From Coleofasciculus chthonoplastes F2-STO-03 (GTDB lineage Bacteria; Cyanobacteriota; Cyanobacteriia; Cyanobacteriales; Coleofasciculaceae): 59,884 nt of DNA. Made by a program: the position numbers and the translations under genes. The stretch's first letter is position 1. Each line of letters opens with the position of its first letter. Under the pieces are notes generated by a model that saw only the letters and a list, made by a program, of their open reading frames with translations, had not been told where the DNA came from and ran no database searches. This document shows positions 47,913-58,093 of this stretch, in pieces. Location: assembly GCA_040222015.1 (NCBI GenBank), contig JAVJWO010000045.1:1-59884 (forward strand). Reading direction: 5' to 3'.

Positions 47913-50714
47913 ATGAACTATTGTTTTCCCAAACCCAATTACCATTTCCTCTGGATTCCAAGCAATCTTCTCCTCAGCCTTCTCATCTTCGTCAGCACAG
48001 CCAATGCCCAAATAATCCCCGATAACGATAACTTTTCAACCAACACAAACATTACCAATAGTGAGATTCAAGGCGGAATCAGAACCGGAAATCATCTTCT
48101 CCACAGTTTTGAGGAATTTTCTATTCCTACCAACTCCCAAGCCATCTTTAAACTGACCCCCCAAAACCTAGACATAGAAACTATTATCAGCCGCGTCACA
48201 GGCAACAAAACATCCATCATAAATGGCATCCTTGCCGCAGATGGCACCGCTAACCTAATCCTAATTAACCCCAACGGAATTATAGTTGGCGCGAATGCTC
48301 AACTCAATATCGGAGGCTCCTTTTTAGCCAGTACCGCTAACAGTATTATCTTTCCCGATGGCAGTGAATTCAGCACCACCAATCCCCAACTCCCCCCCCT
48401 GCTCACCATTAACGTACCCATTGGCTTACAGTTTGGTAAAAATCCAGCACCAATTATTAATCAAGCCAATAGTAACTTGTCAGTAAACCCCGGTCAAACC
48501 TTAGCATTTGTGGGAGGAAAATTATCATTAAATGGAGCTAATTTAACAGCACCACAAGGACGAATTGAATTGGGGAGTGTGACCAGTTCCGGACTCGTTC
48601 ATCTAACTCCAATAACCCCAGGTTTTACCTTAGACTATTCCGATATACAACAATTTGGCATCATTGACTTAACCGATGCAACAGTTATCAAGACCAGTGG
48701 TTTAGGGGGTGGCGCAATTCGGGTGCGGGGGGGACAAGTCACCCTGACTCAAGGCTCAAACCTAGTGGCGGAAACCTTCGGTGATGTGAACGGTGGCGGG
48801 ATTGATATTCAGGCAAATCAGGTAACATTGCAACACGGTGCGTTTGCTTCGACCTCTACATTTGGTACAGGTACAGGAGGTCATCTAACTATTCGTGCTG
48901 ACCAAGTGAACGTGACTGGCACAACTCCTCTAGAACCCTCACGACAGCTTCTATTCAGAACATTTGATCCCCTTAATCCTAGTAATGGTTTATTTAGCGT
49001 AAGTCGTGGAAAGGGGGATGCTGGACATTTAACCATTGAAACCAACCAATTGATTGTGCAGAACGGCGCGGCTATTTTAACCACCGCATTGGCTGGAGGT
49101 GATGGTGGCGATTTAACCTTAAATGTTTCGGAGTTTGCTGATTTAATGGGTGGGTCTCTGTTAGCGACAGGAACCATCGCTCAAGGAAATGCAGGTGATT
49201 TGACCATAACCACAAATCAATTGCGAGTGCTAGAGGGTACATCCTTAAGCACCACTCCTGGCGATACCAGTCAAGGTGAGGGGGGGAATTTGACCGTAAC
49301 GGCTGAAGGGGTAGAACTCAGAGGAACCCCAGCCGATGCGGTTGTTCCAGGCGGTTTGTTCACAGCGACGCTAGGTGCGGGGGATGCGGGTGATTTTACC
49401 CTGAATACAGGTCAACTCATTGTTGCTGATGGGTCACAAATCTCAGCGTCAGGGGCGGGTGGGGGACGAGGGGGAAATCTGATGGTTAACGCCGATACAG
49501 TGGACTTGAGGGGAATTTCTGCTGATGGTCGGTTTTTGAGTGGGTTGTTTACCTCGTCATCGTTGTTAACCGTAGAAGGACAAGGAGGAACAGCACCCGC
49601 TGGAGATTTAATGATTACTACGCGCCGCTTAAGTGTCCAAGATGGCGCTCAAATTTCCGCCGCGACAGGGAGTGCGGGTACAGCCGGAATGTTAACGATT
49701 AATGCGACGGAATCAGTCACAGTGGCGGGTGTGGCGACGGGTGTTGATCCCGGTGTCGAACGTGTCTCCTTTGGCATCATTGGGGATGGTATCGTACCCA
49801 GTGCAATTGAAGCCAATACCAGTGGTGCAGGCGGTGCGGGGGATTTGCAGATTCAAACGGGACGGTTAAATGTGTGGGATGGCGCAGAAATTGGCGTCAG
49901 GGGGACTGCATCGGGTGCTGCTGGTAATTTGGATATTATTGCTGATTCGATTTGGCTGGACAATCAAGGGGGAATCAGCGCCGCTACAGTGGCGGGGACA
50001 GAGGGAAATATTCGACTCGACGCCTCGAATCTGTTACTGCGGCGCAATAGTCAGATTACGACGAATACCGAGAACAGTGATGGGGGTAATATCAGGATCA
50101 ATACCGATGCTTTAGTCGCGATCGATAATAGTGACATCACGGCTAATGCTCGTCAAGGTCGAGGCGGTCGTGTTAGTATTACCGCTCAAGGTATTTTTGG
50201 TACTCAGTTTCGGGATGAACTGACTCCCAATAGTGATATCACTGCCACATCAGAGTTAGGACCACAATTTAATGGTCTGGTCACTTTAAATATTCAGGGA
50301 ATTGACCCGAATCGGGGATTAGTTCGCTTACCGGAAAACTTTACTCAACCCAGTGATCAAATTGCCACAGGTTGTGTCGCTGAAACCGGAAACTCGTTTG
50401 TTGTGACGGGACGCGGTGGATTACCCGAAGACCCCAGCCAAATTTTGCGCGGCCGCACCCTTTGGCAAGATTTGCGAGCTGTAGATTTGGATGAAGAAAA
50501 TCTGGAGAAGACGGAACATGAAGACAATCGACAGCAATTTCCTTCGTCAAGAGAGGAAATACAGCCAGAGGAAAACCTGACCTCTCGCCGTTCTTCTATT
50601 GTGGAGGCTAAAGGATGGGTTATTGATGACGATGGTAATATCGAACTGGTGGCGAATATGCCTAATAATAGACTGAGGGGGCTAGAGTCATCCAGAACAT
50701 CTCATTGTTATTAA
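47913..50714 (+). CDS. Filamentous haemagglutinin N-terminal (TPS) domain exoprotein
   Basis: Signal ending ANA-QIIPD; HSFEEF, SRVTG, INPNGI, GGSFLAST; glycine-rich beta-helix repeats; GRGGLP and AKGWV..ELVA C-terminus. Confidence 0.92.
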   Translation: MNYCFPKPNYHFLWIPSNLLLSLLIFVSTANAQIIPDNDNFSTNTNITNSEIQGGIRTGNHLLHSFEEFSIPTNSQAIFKLTPQNLDIETIISRVTGNKTSIINGILAADGTANLILINPNGIIVGANAQLNIGGSFLASTANSIIFPDGSEFSTTNPQLPPLLTINVPIGLQFGKNPAPIINQANSNLSVNPGQTLAFVGGKLSLNGANLTAPQGRIELGSVTSSGLVHLTPITPGFTLDYSDIQQFGIIDLTDATVIKTSGLGGGAIRVRGGQVTLTQGSNLVAETFGDVNGGGIDIQANQVTLQHGAFASTSTFGTGTGGHLTIRADQVNVTGTTPLEPSRQLLFRTFDPLNPSNGLFSVSRGKGDAGHLTIETNQLIVQNGAAILTTALAGGDGGDLTLNVSEFADLMGGSLLATGTIAQGNAGDLTITTNQLRVLEGTSLSTTPGDTSQGEGGNLTVTAEGVELRGTPADAVVPGGLFTATLGAGDAGDFTLNTGQLIVADGSQISASGAGGGRGGNLMVNADTVDLRGISADGRFLSGLFTSSSLLTVEGQGGTAPAGDLMITTRRLSVQDGAQISAATGSAGTAGMLTINATESVTVAGVATGVDPGVERVSFGIIGDGIVPSAIEANTSGAGGAGDLQIQTGRLNVWDGAEIGVRGTASGAAGNLDIIADSIWLDNQGGISAATVAGTEGNIRLDASNLLLRRNSQITTNTENSDGGNIRINTDALVAIDNSDITANARQGRGGRVSITAQGIFGTQFRDELTPNSDITATSELGPQFNGLVTLNIQGIDPNRGLVRLPENFTQPSDQIATGCVAETGNSFVVTGRGGLPEDPSQILRGRTLWQDLRAVDLDEENLEKTEHEDNRQQFPSSREEIQPEENLTSRRSSIVEAKGWVIDDDGNIELVANMPNNRLRGLESSRTSHCY

Positions 50715-50722
50715 ATAAAACA

Positions 50723-50800
50723 GTAGGTTGGGTCGAGGTACGAGACCCAACAAACCTTGGCTTGAGACTGTTGGGTTTCACTCCGTTCAACCCAACCTAC
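50723..50800. repeat. REPIN, GTAGGTTGGG family
   Basis: GTAGGTTGGGTCGAG..GACCCAAC...GTTGGGTTTC..CAACCCAACCTAC. Confidence 0.85.
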
Positions 50801-50891
50801 ACCGATACTGAAGGGGGTGGAGTTGTCCAGAAAAGATTTCACTCCGTTCACTCCAATTTACTTAAGTAACGAATTAAATCAACAATCACCG

Positions 50892-51360
50892 ATGGACAGT
50901 TTTATTCAGCAAAAATTATTGACTTCACTTTTATTGACAGGGAATCTGCTTGTTGGTTTGCTGGCTTCAAGTAGTCTGACTCAAGCACAGGTTATACCTG
51001 ATGATACATTGCCCAAAAATACAGTTGTCACTCAGAATGGTAATCTCACTGAGATTCAACAAGGGACAAGAGTAGGTGATAATCTATTCCACTGAAAATC
51101 AATCAACTGGTGGCTTACAGGTAGATTCCCTTCAAACCTTAGGTTTAGTTGGTGGCGAACTGCAGTTTTCGGGAGGACATTTGACAGCACCCCAAGGGCG
51201 AATTGAATTAGGTAGTGTTGGTGCGAATAGTTTTGTCCAGATTACGCCAACGATTAAATGGATTATTAATTCCCAAGGTCAAGTTGAGTTAGTGGCTCAT
51301 GTTCCTGAAGTTACTCCCCACAGTTCCTGGTATAAATCAGCAATATGCTTAAATGAGTAA
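50892..51360 (+). pseudogene. Internally deleted, frameshifted FHA-family gene remnant
   Basis: Signal + QVIPD..GDNLFH*, then in another frame GLQV...TLGLVGG...GRIELGSV fused directly to the terminal WIINSQGQVELVA. Confidence 0.8.
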
Positions 51361-51432
51361 TCACATTGTTGTCATGGCGATTAAAATCGCTGCTACACTT
51401 GCCCTTGCGTCCGCCTGCGCGGACTGGATATT

Positions 51433-54153
51433 ATGACTTTTTTGCCTCGCATCAGACTGAAAAAAGTTATCAGGCGATCGCGAACTCAAAAAATAGCGCT
51501 AATCCCCTCACGCCTCAAGGTTATCAGTCGCTGTATCGGGTTAGGATTACTCACATTGTTCCTGATAACCTGGGTTTTTCCCACCCAAGCACAGCATCCG
51601 CCGATACCCCTGACGGGATCAACTCAGACTCAATTCTTGAGTAGGGAACTCTTAACAGGGAACAGGGAACAGGATATAAACTCAGTTCAGGAGAATGACA
51701 AGGCTTTAACTCAACTCGAACAAGGCAAAGCCCTCTATGCGGCGGGGCGCTTTTGGCAAGCGATTAGGGTTTGGCAACAGGCGATGCAAGGGTACCAAGC
51801 TCAAGGCGATCGCATTCACTATGCCCTGAGTTTAAGTTATCTCTCCTTAGCCTATCAAGAGTTGGGACAATGGCAGGAGGCGGAACAAACGATTACCCAA
51901 AGCTTAAATCTAGTCGCTAATCTCCTCAAACCCACCCCCACTCATCAACGCCTTCTCGCTCAACTGCTGAATACTCAAGCCAGTCTCCACTATGCCCAAG
52001 GACAAATGGAAGCGGCTTTAGAAACCTGGAAACAGGCAGAACAGGCGTATCAAGAGGCGGGGGATCAAACGGGTGTATTTGGGTGCCAAATTAACCAAGC
52101 CCAAGTTTTACAAGCGTTGGGACTCTATCGGCGATCGCAGATTACCTTAGAGCGAGTGCAAACCCAACTCCAAACTCAACCCGATTCCTTACTCAAAGCC
52201 GCCGGATTACGGAGTTTGGGCGTCACGTTGCAAGTGGTGGGTAATCTGGAAGAATCGCAACAGGTTTTGCCGCAAAGTTTAGCAATAACTCAGCGCTTCG
52301 ATTCAGCATCTGACCAAAGTGCGACGCTATTTAGCCTAGGAAATACAGCTAGAGCGTTACAGGAATTTGAAGATGCGATCGCCTATTATCAACAAGCCGC
52401 GTCAATAGCAATCAGTCCTCTGAGCCAAGTTGAAGCCCAACTTAACCAACTCAGTTTGTTGATTGAGACTCGAAATTGGACAGATGCTCAAGCTTTAGTT
52501 CCCCAAATTCAGGCTGAATTCCCCAGTTTACCCTTAAGTCGGACGGCGGTTTATGCTCAAGTGAATCTCGCCGAAAGCTTGATCAAAATGGGAATAGTGT
52601 CTCAATCTCCACCCAATTTTACCGGCGCTAAAGCGCAACTACGAGCGATCGCACAATTGTTGGCTAGAGCGATCCACCAAGCCAGACAGCTTAATGATCA
52701 TAGAGCCGAGTCTTACGCCTTGGGTCAATTGGGACATCTTTATATGGAGACACAACAGTTGTTAGAGGCGCGAGAGTTAACCGAAGATGCGTTAAGTTTG
52801 GCGCAAGGAATACAAGCCACTGAAATCGCCTATCGTTGGCAATGGCAACTGAGTCAGATACTCCAACACCAAGGGAATCTGACAGGTGCGATCGCGGCAA
52901 ATCGGGAAGCGGTTCATACCCTGCAATCCCTACGCAGTGATTTGGTGGCGATTAATCCTGATGTGCAATTTTCCTTTCGGGAAACCGTTGAACCCATTTA
53001 TCGCAATTTAGTGGAATTGCTCTTAAACAATCAGCCGACGCCAGAGCAGCTCAAAGAAGCCCGTGAAACCATTGAATCCCTGAGATTAGCGGAACTAGAG
53101 AACTTCTTTCGGGAAGCTTGTTGGCAAGTGCAACGCCAAGCCATTGATCAAATTGATCCCCAAGCTTCCGTCATTTACCCGATTATTTTGCCTGATCATT
53201 TTGCCGTTATTGTCTCCCTACCTGGAAAACCCCTGCGCTATTTTCAAACGGAGTTAACTCAAACTCAAATAGACAGCACCATTGAGCAGCTACTACAAGC
53301 CTTAAATCCAGTATGGTCCAACAAAGAACGGTTACGCCTGTCCCAACAACTTTATGATTGGTTGATCCGACCGATTGAACCGGAGTTAAAAGAGAATGAG
53401 ATTAAAACCCTGGTCTTTGTTCTGGATGGTGCGTTGCGAAATTTGCCCATGGCGGCGCTCTACGATGGACAGCAGTATCTGATCGAAAACTACAATATCG
53501 CGCTATCCGTAGGATTACAACTGATCGAACCGCGATCGCTCCTTCCCCAACAACTGAAAGCCTTAACCGCTGGACTCACCGAGGCACGGGACGGTTTTCC
53601 GGCTCTCCCCGCCGTGAAGTTGGAAGTGGAAAACATCGCTGCCCAAATTCCGACTAAGGTCTTTTTAAATCAACAGTTTACCCATCAAACCCTGCAAGAG
53701 CAAATTGAGGCAACTCCGTTTCCTATCGTTCATTTAGCGACTCACGGGCAGTTTAGCTCCAAAGCCGAGAACACATTTCTGCTCACTTGGAATGGGCGCA
53801 TCAAGGTGAAAGATTTGGATCAACTCCTGCAAGTCAGACAGCGACAGAATACCAACCCGATTGAACTGCTCGTTCTCAGTGCTTGCCAAACGGCGACAGG
53901 GGACAAGCGAGCAGCGTTGGGATTGGCTGGATTAGCCGTGCGATCGGGCGCTCGGAGTACTCTAGCAACCTTATGGTCAGTTAATGATGAATCGACGGCT
54001 CAGTTGATGGTTGAATTTTATCGACAACTCACCCAATCTCAAGTGAGTAAAGCCCAAGCCCTGCGTCAGGCTCAACTCACTCTTCTACGTCAACCTAAGT
54101 ATCAGCATCCCTATTACTGGGCGCCCTTTGTTTTAGTTGGAAATTGGCTTTGA
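51433..54153 (+). CDS. TPR-CHAT (caspase-like protease) domain protein
   Basis: TPRs, then VLDG.LR.LPM.AL, HLATHG (His), LSACQTA (Cys), TLW.V.D, HPYYWAPF.LVGNWL. Confidence 0.95.
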   Translation: MTFLPRIRLKKVIRRSRTQKIALIPSRLKVISRCIGLGLLTLFLITWVFPTQAQHPPIPLTGSTQTQFLSRELLTGNREQDINSVQENDKALTQLEQGKALYAAGRFWQAIRVWQQAMQGYQAQGDRIHYALSLSYLSLAYQELGQWQEAEQTITQSLNLVANLLKPTPTHQRLLAQLLNTQASLHYAQGQMEAALETWKQAEQAYQEAGDQTGVFGCQINQAQVLQALGLYRRSQITLERVQTQLQTQPDSLLKAAGLRSLGVTLQVVGNLEESQQVLPQSLAITQRFDSASDQSATLFSLGNTARALQEFEDAIAYYQQAASIAISPLSQVEAQLNQLSLLIETRNWTDAQALVPQIQAEFPSLPLSRTAVYAQVNLAESLIKMGIVSQSPPNFTGAKAQLRAIAQLLARAIHQARQLNDHRAESYALGQLGHLYMETQQLLEARELTEDALSLAQGIQATEIAYRWQWQLSQILQHQGNLTGAIAANREAVHTLQSLRSDLVAINPDVQFSFRETVEPIYRNLVELLLNNQPTPEQLKEARETIESLRLAELENFFREACWQVQRQAIDQIDPQASVIYPIILPDHFAVIVSLPGKPLRYFQTELTQTQIDSTIEQLLQALNPVWSNKERLRLSQQLYDWLIRPIEPELKENEIKTLVFVLDGALRNLPMAALYDGQQYLIENYNIALSVGLQLIEPRSLLPQQLKALTAGLTEARDGFPALPAVKLEVENIAAQIPTKVFLNQQFTHQTLQEQIEATPFPIVHLATHGQFSSKAENTFLLTWNGRIKVKDLDQLLQVRQRQNTNPIELLVLSACQTATGDKRAALGLAGLAVRSGARSTLATLWSVNDESTAQLMVEFYRQLTQSQVSKAQALRQAQLTLLRQPKYQHPYYWAPFVLVGNWL

Positions 54154-54196
54154 CGCAAACCCTGTTCCCTGTTGCCGATTACCTCATGTTTACAAA

Positions 54197-54238
54197 AATA
54201 AAGAATTTATGTTAATTAATAAAGAATTTATGTTAATT
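54197..54238 (+). repeat. Perfect 21-bp tandem duplication
   Basis: AATAAAGAATTTATGTTAATT x2. Confidence 0.9.
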
Positions 54239-54360
54239 GGCAAGGCTCATTACACGTTATGATACGATATTTAGTATTAAATACTAATAAGGGGTGTGAC
54301 CCTACACTCCATAATGAAAACTAAGTGTTAAACGGGGTGACACATCCAGGGTGGTAGGTA

Positions 54361-54486
54361 CTCTCTAATCTTTCCTCTCTAATCTTTCCTCTCTAATCTT
54401 TCCTCTCTAATCTTTCCTCTCTAATCTTTCCTCTCTAATCTTTCCTCTCTAATCTTTCCTCTCTAATCTTTCCTCTCTAATCTTTC
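54361..54486 (+). repeat. Perfect 14-bp tandem repeat x9 (VNTR)
   Basis: CTCTCTAATCTTTC x9 without mismatch. Confidence 0.97.
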
Positions 54487-54751
54487 AGTTGCTCGACTAG
54501 ACCAGCGCGGCGGAAGTAACTCTCCAGTTAAAAACGGTGCAAAATCTTACGGTATCAGCTTTCTCCCCTCCTGCCTCCTGCCTTCTGCCTTCTGCCTTCT
54601 TGCACTAGGGAATTGGTATGCTCACAAATAAATAGACAAATTGTCATTAGTTTAGTATAATGTCAGTCTTATTTGTTTGTCTGTTATGGGATGCCGCTTA
54701 AAATCCCTGTGATGCACTACAGCTCATTCTTCTTCACGAGGGTTTTTTATC

Positions 54752-55375
54752 ATGGCTTGGAAACATACACCTCAACCTCTTGCATTTTTGTCAGTAGGTC
54801 TTTTCCTAAAGCTGCTACTGGTTAGTAGTTTAGCCGTATCATTACATGCTGAAACCATACCCCTGTCTGAAACAGCCAGTGCGACCTTTATTCCCGACAG
54901 GAAAGGAGCACCCAAAGATTCAGCCGGGGGAGCCTCACGGGATGGTGGTGTCTGTCCCAATGACACAAGTGAACTGAGAACATCAGTCACACCGTTCCAA
55001 TTAGCCACAAATCATGGATTCACGGTAGCCGAACGTCCCACATTCTTTGTTTACATCCCACCAACAGTAGCTCAAGACGCTGTATTTATTCTCAAGGATG
55101 AAACAGAAGAGTATTTCTACCAAAAAACCGTATCACTTCCTAACCAGAGAGGTTTGGTCAGCTTTAAACTACCCATCGATGCACCAACTCTGGAAATTGG
55201 CAAGACCTATCAGTGGTCGTTTTTACTCATTTGCGGACAATCCCTCCGACCCGATAGTCCTAAAGTAGAAGGGCAGATTCAGCGCATTCAACCTGATCCC
55301 GCCTTAATCAGCAAACTTCAGCCATGGTCTCCTGTCGATAGAGCCGCTTTTTATGGAGAGGAAAGTATTCAATAA
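54752..55375 (+). pseudogene. DUF928 domain protein, probably C-terminally truncated
   Basis: GGASR..C, T..ERPTF.VYIP, Y.WSF.L.C. Ends at FYGEESIQ* where the family continues (IWYD..); the stop is supplied by a TAAGTAGGTGG repeat end. Confidence 0.7.
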
Positions 55376-55596
55376 GTAGGTGGGAAAAATTAAACTTAAC
55401 GCTGGGGATTTTCATTCTTCACACTCGCTGGCGCGAGAAGCAAGCTACGTGATTTGTCCTTAGCTTCCCCGCACCTGTGCCCCTCTGCTTCCTGTTCCTT
55501 CCCCGCACCACAACGCTTATTCAGCAAACCCTACGTAGGGCGTCCTTTGGTATAATCTTAGTCCGTCGTCTAAAGCAGTCAAACGTCAATTTGATG

Positions 55597-55630
55597 AAAA
55601 ATGCCCAAAATCTATCTGTGGGCATTTTTT
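55597..55630. terminator. Bidirectional terminator-like hairpin
   Basis: AAAAATGCCCA...TGGGCATTTTTT. Confidence 0.5.
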
Positions 55631-55783
55631 ATTAATTAATTAGATGTGAGAGCATAAGTAAGTTGTTGATGATAGCATCAATGACAATACTTTTATCATG
55701 CATGAAGCCTATACCTCTTTGAAAAAGTCTCTGAAGGAGATTTGATTAGCTAAAGCCGAATTTAAAACTAAAAAGGAGGAAAC

Positions 55784-56518
55784 TTGAACTTTGCAAAGGA
55801 GTTGACAAACCACTCATTTGAGTATTATTACTTGGTATTTTTTGGAGTCACTGTTGCCCGATACTTTCTTATCGCTGGGGGAGCCTACTGGCTCTTTTAT
55901 GTCGTTCTGGAGAAGTTTCTCGCTACACAGAGTTTGCGTCTGAAGCCTCTGATGAGTGCTTCGATTAGAAATGATATCAAATTATCAGTTCTCTCAGCAG
56001 TGATTTTTGCCTTTTGTGCAGCGCTAATCATATCAGAGTACGGTTTGGGAGTAACACTCCTTTACACTAACCCAGATGAATATGGACTTTGGTATATAGG
56101 AGTTAGCTTTGTTGCAGTGCTTATCCTTCAAGATACGTACTTTTACTTTATCCATCGCCTATTTCATCACCCTTTGCTTTTTAAGTGGATGCATTCTGGA
56201 CACCACCGTTCAGGAGAGCCAACACCATGGAGTTCCTTCGCATTTGACCTGCCAGAAGCAATTATACAGTCACTCTTCTTTGTCGCGATAATCTTTATCG
56301 TTCCGCTCCATTTTATCACCTTGGCTACTGCACTGATAACGATGACTGTATGGGCAGTGGTATCTCATTTGGGATTCGAGCTATTTCCCTCATCATTTCC
56401 TCAGCACTGGCTGGGGAAGTGGTTTATCGGCGCAACCTATCATTCGATACATCATCGCCAGTACACTATACACTACGGATTATACTTCACGTTCTGGGAT
56501 AAGCTGCTTGGTACTTAA
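55784..56518 (+). CDS. Sterol desaturase / fatty acid hydroxylase family protein
   Basis: His boxes HRLFH, HSGHH and HSIHH; YGLYFTFWDK; AGGAGG RBS before the TTG start. Confidence 0.92.
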   Translation: MNFAKELTNHSFEYYYLVFFGVTVARYFLIAGGAYWLFYVVLEKFLATQSLRLKPLMSASIRNDIKLSVLSAVIFAFCAALIISEYGLGVTLLYTNPDEYGLWYIGVSFVAVLILQDTYFYFIHRLFHHPLLFKWMHSGHHRSGEPTPWSSFAFDLPEAIIQSLFFVAIIFIVPLHFITLATALITMTVWAVVSHLGFELFPSSFPQHWLGKWFIGATYHSIHHRQYTIHYGLYFTFWDKLLGT

Positions 56519-56768
56519 CTGCCTTGGATGTCTAGCCCCCACCTCCCTAAATTGCGCGATCGCTCTCCACCTTAATGTAGCAGGGATTTCAACGGCTCTC
56601 TTGTCTAGACGTATCAGTTTGAAGCGAAACACGTAATATTTATTAAAATTTAATCGATATTTGTTAATTTTTGTATCTTTCTCTCAGCGGTTACGCTTAG
56701 CTCTGGTACGCTCAAATTTTGAGCGTATAAAAATCCTGCCAATTCATGCTGAGAATAAAGAATAACTG

Positions 56769-57908
56769 ATGAAAAAAATATTAGGTTGTTGTTTGGCAAT
56801 AATTCTGGCAATGTGGGTTGCTGCATTTCCGGCAAATGCTCAGAGTAATTGTTCGCCAAACAGCTTTTTTCACTCTCCAGTAAGCTGTAGCCAAAACTCT
56901 GGTTTGAGCCAACTAATAGCTGACGCTTCCCTCGCTCGAAAACCGCTGATTTTTGATGATGACGGTAGCCAAGATGGCATGACAGCCTTAGCTTATCTTC
57001 TGGCTAATCCTAAATTTGAGATCAAAGCGATTACCCTTTCTCAAGGCATTGCTGATCCTGCCACGTTTATTGACAATTTCGAGCGGATGCTAGGACGATT
57101 AGGGGTCAGCGATATTCCCATTGGTATTGGTCCGTCTGAACCTTTAGCCGGAAACAATACTTATCCCCAATTTATCCGTGACGGTGCGGTTACCTTTTGG
57201 TCTCCCTTTGTCACCTTACCCGATACGGCTCCCTCGTTCAAGACCAAACCAGCCGCCAAACTGATTGTAAAAACGATCAAAAAATCCCCCGAACCCGTAA
57301 CTATCTTAGCTACGGGTTCTTTAACCAATATTGCCGAAGCCCTGCGACTCGATCCGACAATTATCGATAATATCTCTGTCCTCGACATTATGGGCGGTGC
57401 CGTTTTTCTACCGGGCAATCTTGGTGTTGTTCCTGATCCACCTTTTTCCACCAATAAGGTTGCTGAATTCAACATCTGGGTTGATCCTTTAGCGGCGAAA
57501 GAAGTCTTTGAAGCTGGAGAAAAGGGATTAAAAATTCAGTTGACCTCCTTAGACACCACCCACGAAGTCTCCTTTTCCCGAGACGATCAACAAGCTTGGT
57601 TAGCGACAGGAACCCCAGAAAGCAAAATCGCAGCGGAATTTTTAGACTTCGCTTTAACCATCATTCAAAGTGGTAATGATCCTAACCCTGCCTGGGATTT
57701 AGTGGCAGCTATCAACATGGCTGAACCCGACTTTTCCCCGGAAACACCGCTGCACATAGAAGTAGATGCGACTTCATATCCTGGCGACACCCAAGGACAA
57801 ACTTATGTTGTCCCTGACTTACCGCCGAATGTTTTTGTTTCGCTAAAACCCAGTTTCGATAATTTACCCTTCAACCAGGCTCAACTTTTTTCCTATTTAC
57901 AGAAATGA
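56769..57908 (+). CDS. Nucleoside hydrolase (IU-NH superfamily) with a signal peptide
   Basis: DDDGSQDG, TG.LTNIA.A, MGGAV..PGN, AEFNIW.DP.AA, AWDLVAA; signal ending ANA. Confidence 0.9.
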   Translation: MKKILGCCLAIILAMWVAAFPANAQSNCSPNSFFHSPVSCSQNSGLSQLIADASLARKPLIFDDDGSQDGMTALAYLLANPKFEIKAITLSQGIADPATFIDNFERMLGRLGVSDIPIGIGPSEPLAGNNTYPQFIRDGAVTFWSPFVTLPDTAPSFKTKPAAKLIVKTIKKSPEPVTILATGSLTNIAEALRLDPTIIDNISVLDIMGGAVFLPGNLGVVPDPPFSTNKVAEFNIWVDPLAAKEVFEAGEKGLKIQLTSLDTTHEVSFSRDDQQAWLATGTPESKIAAEFLDFALTIIQSGNDPNPAWDLVAAINMAEPDFSPETPLHIEVDATSYPGDTQGQTYVVPDLPPNVFVSLKPSFDNLPFNQAQLFSYLQK

Positions 57909-58093
57909 GTCATTGGCGTTAGCTTTTAATCGATAACTCAAATCATCTAACCTTTTTCATGGAGAGGATGTTTGAGTCCGGCTGAACATCTAGACCAAAA
58001 CCCAAAACTATGAAATTTTAGTCCCGATGTGAAGCTACAAAAGTAACATCTTCTCCATGAGCATCACGTCAACAAAACAAGTGAGGTAAAAAA

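Noticed and set aside
54361..54486. CRISPR or iteron array
   Set aside because: Pure 14-bp tandem repeat with no spacers and no rep gene nearby.
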